Source: Styela clava (Eukaryota). From it: DNA of 64,000 nt. This document shows, in pieces, positions 1-10,737 of the stretch. The notes beneath the pieces are model-generated. The model worked only from the letters and a program-made list of their open reading frames with translations. It had not been told where the DNA came from and did no database searches. Each line of letters opens with the position of its first letter. The stretch's first letter is position 1. The stretch covers positions 5,332,001 through 5,396,000 of the forward strand of contig NC_135252.1 of NCBI RefSeq assembly GCF_964204865.1, given 5' to 3'. Position numbers and translations under genes: made by a program.

Positions 1-29
1 ATTTTTTACAATCACTTTTGCATTCATAG

Positions 30-945
30 CTTTATACAAGGCCAAAGAAGATTTAATTCGGACCGCTGACGGAGACGAAAAAGGTAAATATATTAATACA
101 ATCAAAGACACCTGAAATGAATATATATATTTTTAAGTCGTCAATTAATTTACACACCAAGCGACGAAAAGGCCAACTGATTCAAACTTTTACTTTTTTA
201 GACGTGATACTACAGCAACAAGCCAAAGTCATTGTGGACGAAGGTGATTATATTGTATGTCAGATATAATAGTTCAGAATTCCAAGTCCCAGGGTTGGGC
301 AAAGTTTTTCTTTGCAAAGGCTGTATTCGGAAAATATTCCTTGCAAAGGGTCGAATTTAATAATGGATGACACTGTTGAACTGCAGAGGAAAAAAACCTT
401 AATATTATTGTAACAATTCATAGATATTTTGAGTAAAGTTTAAAAATAAATCGAAATTGTGTAGTTGCGAGAAAAAACGTTCTCCAAAAGCATGAGCCAC
501 ACAGAATATTTTAGTGTTCAAATGCGACCCGTCGGCATATTTTAACCATCCCCGACCTAAGTAGTAAGGTTAGCAGCTTTGGTACTTCTACACGACTCAA
601 TTGATTTACCAACAGATCTATGTCACTAAAAGTTCAAAAACAATAAAATTGATATAATAGAAGTAAATTTATTTTAGTAACGGGAATGATTTTTGTCTTA
701 GCAAGGCCTTACACTCACTGACATTTTTTTTTCTGCTCACAGCAATTTACGTGGCCATGAACATTCTCATGAAAGACCCTGTTGTGAAGCAGTTAGGTAT
801 GTTCACTTAAGATTTACATTAATTCAATGAATTTGATTTAAAAGATTTGACTGAAGTCGCCATATCCCTAAAAGTCATTATCCTCATTATATTAAAAGAT
901 ATTCAATCCCTTTATATTTTTTCAGATATTGGAGATGGCAAATGA
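30..945 (+). CDS. 3' part (last 4 exons) of an upstream tandem copy of the small AKAP-like gene; 5' part lies outside the window
   Basis: AG/GT-bounded exons 30-83, 202-243, 743-796, 926-945 splice in frame: (A)LYKAKEDLIRTADGDEK-DVILQQQAKVIVDE-AIYVAMNILMKDPVVKQL-DIGDGK*. AATAAA at 980-985. Near-identical to exons 8-11 of the copy at 2066-5999. Confidence 0.8.
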
Positions 946-1958
946 ATGGGCGTATTTTATTGTTTATTTATTTTCTATTAATAAAATTTACAAAATAAAT
1001 TTACTCTGGTATTATCAACGAATTGTACGTTACGTGAGAAAGAATCCAACATTGAATTGTATTATTACTTAAACTTAGATATATCAAAGATTTTTGACGG
1101 ATGTAGTTCTGAGTTTATGATCGATTGTAGTACTCAATATCGATATTTCACGCAAAAAGTTGGCGAACCACTGATCTAATACATGACTCCAAAATGTCAA
1201 ATAAAACGTGAATTGTGCGGCTGTCATCTAATGCCTGAAAAAGAACAGGTATGCTGATATTCCAAGAAAGGGTTCGCGCGGACCCACATATTGGTTGCAT
1301 GGCTACGATGATTAAAATATTAGTGCTTGTAAATGTAACACAGGTGAGAAAAGAAATAGAATCCAAATCTATATGGGTGCAAATATTTGCGTAGCTTAAA
1401 ATGTTCGCGGGTGCAAAGGTAGCGTGGGTGAAAATGAACGTAGATGCGAATTTCTGTGATTGTTAACGTTCGTGGGCACAAATCATCAGAGGTTCACGCG
1501 AAAACTTCCAAGTGTACCATACGGTACTTGTATGGCGGTTAAGATGTCGCGTATTTCTATTTTCAATATCCTATACAAGGGGAAAGGCGTGCTGACTGAA
1601 AAGTACATGCTGATCATGTGTTGCCTGTAGCTGTAACCTGTGATAATGCTCCCAACGCATCGCTTATTCTCCTCAGAACTTTCTTGAGCGGGCAATCATT
1701 TTTTAGGTGTTACACAGTAAAATTAAACATTGATCGCACTAATGTTTAGTATGAAATGTTTGAAATAAATACTTTTGTTGATATTCTTGGCAATATCATT
1801 TCCAATTGCTAATTCATCGACTTTATATTATTGATTAATTTGGTGCCAGCTTGCCGAGAATTCCAGCTGATTGTTTCATGACTCAGAATTGGGCTACTTA
1901 ACGGGGAGAAAGTTAAGTTTACCTGATCTAAAAGATTCCAAATGGAGGGTTTTACTTA

Positions 1959-2021
1959 TGACGTCATAATATACATTTGAATTGTATAAATATCATAATT
2001 AAATTGAAGTTCAAATTCAGT
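1959..2021 (+). promoter_or_regulatory. Putative core promoter: CRE palindrome, TATA box and Inr-like motif
   Basis: TGACGTCA 1959-1966, TATAAA 1985-1990, TCAGT 2017-2021, ATG at 2066. Order and spacing resemble a Pol II TATA promoter. Confidence 0.5.
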
Positions 2022-2065
2022 ATTTTGTTGAGGAAGTCGTTTCAAACGTCAAACCTTTATCAAAA

Positions 2066-5000
2066 ATGGATAACAATTCTGAAACAAGAGGAGAGAATAA
2101 ACGAGGCGGCAAGGTAGGTTGTTACTCGAATAGGATAGGTGACAAATAGGCGTTACACCTGATCAAGTTCACTACTTTGGAACAATAGTTTCCAAACTTT
2201 CTTCAAGTGACCCAAATTTTGTAAAAAAAATGGAGTTCGTAAAATCTCGCGATCCAACGTTATGTTCAAATACTAAACGACATGCAGTGCTTTTATGATG
2301 GCAGAATTTATTTACTACTTAAAAAAATAATCTTTCTTATTTAACAGTTTTCCTTATTATTTATTTCAATATTAATTATTGTTTGTCATGAGCGATTTGT
2401 TGAAACCGTGGCGTGGCTTTACTTGAGAAAAATAGATATTTCACAGGTTTTAGGCTGCAAAACTTCAATACCAAGTACAAATTAAATATACTAGAAATGA
2501 AAACCAATAACTTTTGGGTTTTTGTTCAAAGAATTTTCCGGCAACCAAGATTTGAATCGCGACCCATAGGTTGGGAATCACTGCTTTAAAAGATCAAAAT
2601 TGATGATTCATATTTTAATTTTGTATTGAAACAATATAAATAATAATTTTAGACTTTTTAATTATATTACGCAATTAGAAATACTCATCAAGCTGGTGTA
2701 ATTACCGAATATACAATATATATATTTATACGTGATTTTATTGAATAGCCTAATTAACTTTATTTATGTGAAATACATAAATTTAAACTACGTCCAACGC
2801 AGCTAGTACGCAAATAAATTATATTTATCCACATTACAGAAATGGAGGAATTTCAAAGGCTTTGTGAAGATCTTCTTTTGTTTGGCATGCATTTTTCCGA
2901 AAGTAAGTTTGTTTTTACGAGGTATGAATAGGTACCTATTGAGCTTTATTGATTTATAAACAAAGAAAACTACATTAAACATATAGCAATGTTAATTGCC
3001 TTCAAGTAAGACTGATGTTCTCTAATTGAATATATATACATTCACTTAGAAATCTAAAACAAGAAGACGCGGAGATGAATCAGTTGGTAAGAAAATTACT
3101 GCTAGTATTTAGAAGTTATATTATCGTCAATCAATATTACAAAACTTGGAAAATGGACGTAGTATTTTATTAGAAAATGAATAACCCAAGCATTCATTTG
3201 TTTTGGAAATGTGTTTGTTAATTCCCAAGTATTATATATATATATATTTTTGGCAGGGGTAAACAATATTATTATAAATAAATATATGTACAATCACTCA
3301 AATATCAATTTATGAAACAATCAGAGTTAATAATTACAAATATTTGTGTTGTTTTTCAATATATATAAATATAAAAGTTAATATTTTTTATTCGTTTGTA
3401 TGTGTGATATGAAAGTATATGGCGATTTTAACAATTTAGGTTTTTGTGCCATGCAATTTTTTCGGCATTACTTTTTTAATTTTATTTAACTACAGATTGT
3501 GCAACCTTGACTGAGGAACATTTCCGTGAAAACGTCGAAAAAGAGATCGCAAAATGTGAGTGTGAAGTATAATTAAATGGTTTCTAAAAAGCGTCGTGTT
3601 GACAACCCAAAATATCAAAATAGAATATTTCGAACAAGTGCCGTAAAGATGTAATGATAACCTAATTGTTTGAAAAAAGGGGACATTCCTATTTCTACCG
3701 TGATCTCACGTATGATTGTCGGTTAGTATGTGGAGTGAATCGCGTAGAAATTATATTTTTTTTCTTTAAAAACCTCAATGTTTACGCCCAAGCTTTAGGT
3801 GTAGGCTCAGAGATGACATAAATGAATGAAGTCATTTCGCACAAAAATCTATTCTACTTCTCTTCAATTAAAAGCAAAGAATATACGTCGTAACAATGTT
3901 TATGTATCCTGTGGTAATTGTTTAAAATGAAAAAAAAAATGTTTATTATATAACCAGGTACGTTGAAGACTGTTGTGGTGGATCCAAAGATTGAGGATGA
4001 GAAATCAGTTCACAGCATTGGTAATGATAATACATTATACGAAATATATGTTCTTATGTTTAATTCAGGCACTTTTACATGTAGTAACCATAAATGAATA
4101 TGATACTTACGAAAAATGACATTAAAAAAAATATTGCCCATGTTTCGAATTTTGTTATATTAATTACAGTTATGCTCATTTAACTAAATTTATTATTTAA
4201 AATACCGTAATATAACAATTATTTTTAACTCGATTGCTCAAGAAAGAATGTTTTTAACCTTTGTCATGACGGTCACTCGGTCAGTAACAAACAAAATACG
4301 AAAGACTTTCTAATAGAAAATATTGAAATTAATGAAAGCAAGTGTCTATAAATATTGAAACTGTGTTTTCTGTATATTAGAATCAGTTGCGAAGCCACCA
4401 GCAGGTCCAGTATCAAAAATGCTCCAGGGAGGAGGTTTGATAATAACATTTTTAACGAAATAGAAAATAATTGTAAAACGGAAAACTTGAGCAGTTCATC
4501 TTAGATTCTCATCATTACATAAAAATCCACCAATGTTAGTAATGTCGATTTTGTTGATTGGTTTTTGGGTCTAATACGCTTTATTTCGACAAGATTGTTA
4601 CAAATTTTTCTGATACATTCTAAAATTAATTTCAGGTGATTTTCTTGTGGACCTTGAAGCCCAGAATTTAGTACAAGCTGGTAAGTTTTCAAATCAATAT
4701 GCACATTCTGTTTTTCATTATATTATATATTGCAATGTTGAATGTTAGTTTCTCACTTAGCGGCTCAAGAATTTGCAACGAGCAAGATGTTGGAAACGTA
4801 TAATCTGCAGTATTTATCTAACAAGAAAGTAATGCTAAGAAATTAAATAAAGGTAACGGGCTGTACCAAATGCAACATTAAGACATGTTTGTGAATTATA
4901 AAACCAGCACAAGTTGAAGTGAAATATCAAGAAAAGGCTTGGAATAGCGACTTTTCATTACCCCTATATCAATTTTGCAAAACGATTCTTAGGTCCATTT

Positions 5001-5999
5001 CTGTTTAATGATTTAGTGCCAAAAATTGGGACAACTATTTTTTACAATCACTTTTGCATTCATAGCTTTATACAAGGCAAAAGAAGATTTAACTCGGACC
5101 GCTGACGGCGACGGAAAAGGTAAATATATTAATACAATCAAAGACATCTGAAATGAATATATATTTTTTAAGACGTTAATTAATTTAAAACTGTCTTACA
5201 CACCAAGTGACGAAAAGGCCAACTACTTCGAACTATTACTTTTTTTAGACGTGATACTACAGCAACAAGCCAAAGTCATTGTGGACGAAGGTGATTATAT
5301 TGCATGTTAGATATAGTAGTTCAGAATTCCAAGTCACAAGGTTGGGCAAAGTTTTTCTTAGCAAGGGCCGCATTCGGAAAATATTTCTTGCAAAGGGTCG
5401 AATTTAATAATGGATGACATTGTTGAACTGGAGAGGAAAAAAACCGAATATTATTGTAACAATTCATAGTTTAGATAATTTGAATAGTGTTTGAAAATAA
5501 ATCGAAATTGTGTAGTTGTGAGAAAGAACGTTCTCCAAAAGCATGAGCCACACAGAATACTTTAGCGTGCCACATGCGACCCGTCGGCAGTATTTTCCCC
5601 ATCCCCAACCTGAGTAGTGAGGTTAGCAGCCTTGGTACTTCTTCACGAAACAATTGATTTGCCAACAGATCTATGTCACTAAAAGTTCAAACACAATAAA
5701 ATTGATAAAATAGAAGTAAATATATTTTTGTAACGAGAATAATTCTTGCCTTAGTAAGTCCTACACTCACTGACATTTCTTTTTCTGCTCACAGCAATTT
5801 ACGTGGCCATGAACATTCTCATGAAAGACCCTGTTGTGAAGCAGTCAGGTATGTTCACCTAAGATTTACATTAATTCAATGGATCGGATTTCAAAAATTT
5901 GATTGAAGTCACCAATTTTCCAAAAGTCCTTATCCTTATTATATAATATATTAAATGATAATCCCTTTATATTTTTCAGATATTGGAGATGACAGATGA
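2066..5999 (+). CDS. 11-exon micro-exon gene, 179 aa, small AKAP-like protein with two predicted PKA-R-binding helices
   Basis: Exons 2066-2113, 2840-2902, 3050-3086, 3496-3555, 3958-4020, 4381-4434, 4636-4680, 5066-5119, 5249-5290, 5795-5848, 5980-5999 all have GT-AG boundaries and total 540 nt with no internal stop: MDNNSETRGENKRGGKKWRNFKGFVKIFFCLACIFPKKSKTRRRGDESVDCATLTEEHFRENVEKEIAKCTLKTVVVDPKIEDEKSVHSIESVAKPPAGPVSKMLQGGGDFLVDLEAQNLVQAALYKAKEDLTRTADGDGKDVILQQQAKVIVDEAIYVAMNILMKDPVVKQSDIGDDR*. AATAAA 6034-6039. The gene model is strong; the AKAP function is inferred from motifs. Confidence 0.75.
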
Positions 6000-6961
6000 A
6001 TGGGCGTACTTTATTGTTTATTTATTTTGTATTAATAAAATTTACAAATAAAATCAACTCTGATATTATCAACGAATTGTACGTTACGTGAGGAGGAATC
6101 AAACATTGAATTGCATTAATACTTAAACTTAGGTATATTGAAGATTTTTTGATGGATGCAGTTCTGATTTATGACCGATCGTAGCACTTAATATCGATAG
6201 TCTTTCGCAAAATTTCCAGCTTCTATTTCAAGTCATGGGAACATTTTTATATTCTATGGGAACACTTTACGTGTTTTTAGGTAACGAGTTGCAATAATTT
6301 CACAGTTTGTCATATTTTGCTACGCTGCTATTTTATGATGAAAATAAAAATAAATATTTCTGTGTTTGTGTTTGTTATAGGGTTGGCCCAAAATGCGTTA
6401 ATAGCTAAACGTGGCTATGGAGAAAATGCCGCTCAACTCGAGGTTGACAATAATTTCCTAATAGCCTTTCGACTACTATATATATGCTTGTTTTTCGGTT
6501 AAAGGAAAAATGAATCACTCTTTAGGTTGAAAAATAAATTCTCTACCATTTTAATCAGGCAAAATAGCTTTTTCATAGATTTTTGGGAAAACGAAATTTA
6601 TCCCCTGGTTTTGCCCTACCCCCAATAACATTTCTCTATGTGTCAAATTAAGGTTCAATCCATACTCAACGGTTAGCCAAGCGTTAACTATTTCCCAAAA
6701 TTACTGCACAAATTGACAGAAATAAAATAAATGTAACACAGTTTCAACATGCATATTACAAAATGTACATTTTGGACTTTGTGTTTTATTTATTCTATAT
6801 AGCAGGTCATTAGTGGGCACTGCCCGCAAAGCAAATTTGACATGGAATGAACGAAGTCTGAATCCAATGGGGCAATAAAAAAACTTTTTTATACAATGTC
6901 AACCAATTATCTAAGTTCCTGCACAATGCTTTTGACAATTTTTCTATTTTCTCAGTTGGCG

Positions 6962-7400
6962 ACACGAGGTGCGGCTAAAATGAAACGTGACTGACGTCAC
7001 AGATTGCGCAACACGATTAACCATCGGTAATCAATGCAGTGTGGCGTAATATGTGTTCTTTGTTTAACAGCTGTTTTGACACAATATCGCAATTATTTTT
7101 GCTTTTCAGGATCCATAAGTGAATGTGATAAATTTCTTGTTGAAAAAAAAATGCTGTGCGAGGTCTGATTGAGTTTTTTGGCGATAGGGGGTTCAATTGC
7201 AGAATGACGATTGAGCAAAGAATTAACATTAAATTTTGTGTCAAACTTGGAAAAATGCATGTCAACTCGGCATGCATTCAATCGTTGAGCTTTCTGCTCC
7301 TCAGTCAACTCAATAGCCTTTGGCATCATTTTGGCACACACCTTTCGCATTCCCAAAGTGTCAAGCAAAATGGTGCGGACCGTTTCTTTGTATATATATA
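6962..7400. mobile_element. Mariner transposon remnant with an internally inverted segment
   Basis: Plus strand from 7204: MTIEQRINIKFCVKLGK (mariner N-terminal HTH). Minus strand ~7400-7260: KETVRTILLDTLGMRKVCAKMMPK..LTEEQKAQRLNACR (degenerate WVP linker region). TIR-like CACGAGGTGCGGCTAAAA near 6963. Confidence 0.7.
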
Positions 7401-10400
7401 TCGAGGGGTTTTATCAATGCTTTTAATATCTTCGATCTGACTAAAATGTGAAATACTTGTAAGGTTTTTAATCACAAGATTTTTAATATACCAACGACTA
7501 ACATACCGGTCAAAACGCACAATATTCGGCAAGTTGATTTTTAAACGTTGGCAGCAGCGAAACTTTCATTTATTACGTAATAATATACCGTACTCTATAT
7601 TGCACACCCAGACTCGAATACCGTATGTGTACATCGTATTTTGCACATGTTGGCCACAATGATTTATTCTTCCTGCTTTAAAACACACACGCAGTGCCTG
7701 CAATCCTGCATGAAACTGGTTCAAAGCAATTTTTAGGTTATTTTATAAAATTCACTTAACATGAAACGCGATCGACTACTCAAGAAGTTACGATCAACCT
7801 GTTGGCCACCCCTAGTATATAGTCTCGTCTAGAGCCTACCACTAGAACGGCGACTTTCAAAAAGTCGTAACGTAATCTTTTTGCTATATATATATACGAT
7901 AATTTTTGCAAATCATTTGTTACAAGGTCCACGAACTGTCCTAATCCCTCCCCTGCTTAGATCAGCAGTATTAATGAATTCAAATAGTTGTGATTTATGT
8001 AAATAAAGATCCCCGCAATTTTATTCGACAGGATTCAGATGGAAGACGATCACCTGACTACATGCTGGCTCTTTTTATGTACAAATATATGAATGATACA
8101 TTCATTCATTGCATGAATTACTTAAGTGTTGCATGATTTAATTTCAATTTAAGTAAAATAATTCTACAACATAATGAGTTAGGATACTCCATGCTTGTTA
8201 AGCAAGGGAAAGTTGACAACATACCCACAGTGGCGTAACTACCCATTGGATCTTGTGGACAAATCCATCCAAAACGTTTTAAATGAACCAAGGCAGTCAC
8301 ATTAAACGACCTAATTTACCACTGAAGCCAAAAAATTACACAAGATATACGTCTAAACCAGGTGTTTTATGGCTCGTGGCCCCCTTCCAGCGCCTTTTTG
8401 CACTCGCGGTCTTCGTGTTCGCCATTCCAAAAAACGAAACGTGTTGGATTGTATTATGTGTTTACGACCTATTATGGAATGCAAAAGCAAACCACAGACA
8501 AGAAAATAAACGCTCTCCAGTATACGATCAAAGGTAAGCTTGCGCTTAGGACTGTCTGACGAGGTTTCTCGTATTAGGCGCAGTCTTTTTTTATAGCTAG
8601 ACGAATGTCAACATCAAGACGGTTTATAAATTTTGTTTTTGTGGTATAAAAATCGGCTTTTGCTCGGACAGAAACCCGAACTTAGTCAATGTGCGTTCCT
8701 GTCGAATCTAACTCGCTTGACAGCAAAGAAACCGATGCCAACGTGTTTCCCGGGGGTGATTTTTGTCGCGGTATGTTGGTCGTTGGTTGGACGTAATTAT
8801 TTATTGCTCATTACATACCGACAGTGCCAGCATTAATCACATCATTGATACCATGATCACATTCTCTCGCATCTCAATTTACTTTGGTAAAGTCAACGGA
8901 ACTGTTGTTGTTGTTGGTACATCTGTCTGTGCTTGGAGGCCCAGGAACGCAGCTATCCATGTGTTCGTTCAAAACGGAACTGTAGTTCAATATTCGTAAT
9001 TGCGTCTATAATACGCTAGCGAAGGTTATCTCGCAGTCGAGTGGAATTGTCATTCTGTAGGTTAGACCGGACGGCCTACCGGCGAACTATTTTCGTTGGT
9101 AGATTTCAAATTCCATTATGATCAAACAATTCACGCACAAGAAAGTGAATACACCCTGTGATCGCAAATAATCCTATTCAGGTAATGAAACTAACGAAGT
9201 CGCTATATAATAAATTATTAGCCCTGTGTCGTGGTCCCCCTCGTACTGCTTCGTTGTCCCTGTAGGGAGCCCCCGGATGAGAACCACTGCACTAGTACAA
9301 TCAAGTGATTTTACATTTAAAAATGACGCTACAGCGCTGGACGTCCTGCAGTGGTTAAGCAAACATCGTTTATGTGAATCAACATCATATTTATTCATGA
9401 ATCTCAAGCTTTCCTCACTGTTGCCGTTTCTTTCACAAGCTGCGAATAACGAAGTCAACACCCGAGTTGATAAAGTTTTACTTGAGATCGACCATGGGAG
9501 AAAGCAGGTTGTCTGTGCCAGCAATACTGCTCATTGAAAGTGATTTAGTCGAGACATTATTTTTTGACGATATAATTTTTGAATTTGCTTCAATGAAACT
9601 TAGACCTTGAATTTGGAACCGATAGAATTTACTATTCACTGCTTTATTCTGTTGTGTAGAATTTTATTCAGCTTTTACGACGGTGTTGAGGGGGCGTCAT
9701 TTCGCATCATACATTTATAATAGCCAAACAGCTACGAAACTTTTCATCGAATACAAATTGCTAGCGTAAGTGAAAATATAATTATTTTATCATTTACAAC
9801 TGTTAAAATGCTCCCTTCGAATGCTGAGATTTCCAGCGCTGGTGGCTGGCCTTCGAAACGAAACGTCTGCAGAAAACGAGAATAATCTTTTTTAGACATT
9901 GAGAGCGATCTTTGCACACTTACAAAGTTACAACAAACCAATTCATGGTTACATTAATTCACGTTATTTTAATAAACCCTCGGTCTGTTTTTCAAGCTGT
10001 GCACTGTATATATCGCTCACTGCTAAGTGAGAAGGTGATAAGAACTTATGGTTTTGATAACATATTATCAGCGTATCAGCATTGGCGAAAAGAGTGGTAT
10101 CGGCAGTTGGCACACCTCTAGTGCAAATACCATGCGTGGCTTCAAATAAAGCTTAGCTGGTTGCGCAACTCTGAAGAGGAGAGAGGCGATATATTACAGT
10201 CACACTGCTAATTATCCGATTTCTGCTGGTGGCCTAAAGTCTGAACTAAAGCATAATGCAGTGATATGTGTGGATTTAGGCTGATATGTCGAGCTGATAG
10301 AGAGTAATTGTCGAAATAACTGTCTCTAAAATCTGTGCCGAAATGAAATACCCAAAGACCGTGTACACACTGACATGCAAATACTTTTATTCACTTTTAC

Positions 10401-10737
10401 TGTAAAATATGGAAACGTGTATGGGAGAGAAATCAATTTAATCCGATCGATGTGTATGCATCTCGGCGACAATAACCAAACGATATTTGAAGACAGGCCA
10501 TTGGAAGATAGAGAGTATCTGCGAAAAAAGAAGGAACTTATCAAAAATATTCAGCTTTCGCGGAATAATTATTTAAAATTTTTGCTTTAGCGCAGGTGAT
10601 CAATGCACAACAAAAAAACGTCAGAAATGAATAAACATTGATCAAACGTCATTAAAAATGTCGTTAATGCTAAAGTACTGAAATATGAATAAGTAAGCCC
10701 CTCAGAATATGTAATAAATTGAAAAGTAGTATTACCA

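Larger units (their letters stand above)
1..6210 (+). repeat. Tandem gene duplication, period about 5.04 kb (1-~1155 matches 5037-~6210)
   Basis: Direct visual alignment: exons, introns, an intronic insertion and the 3' UTR are collinear and highly similar. Similarity ends near 1155/6210. Confidence 0.95.

Noticed and set aside
2842-2902. Alternative-frame ATG in exon 2 (MEEFQRLCEDLLLFGMHFSE)
   Set aside because: After the 37-nt exon 3 this frame is out of register with the downstream phase-1 exons; only the 2066 ATG gives a continuous ORF.
8000-10600. Cluster of 60-116-aa ORFs upstream of the CCT6 3' end
   Set aside because: No recognisable domain or consistent splice pattern; probably decayed repeats. 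Left uncalled.
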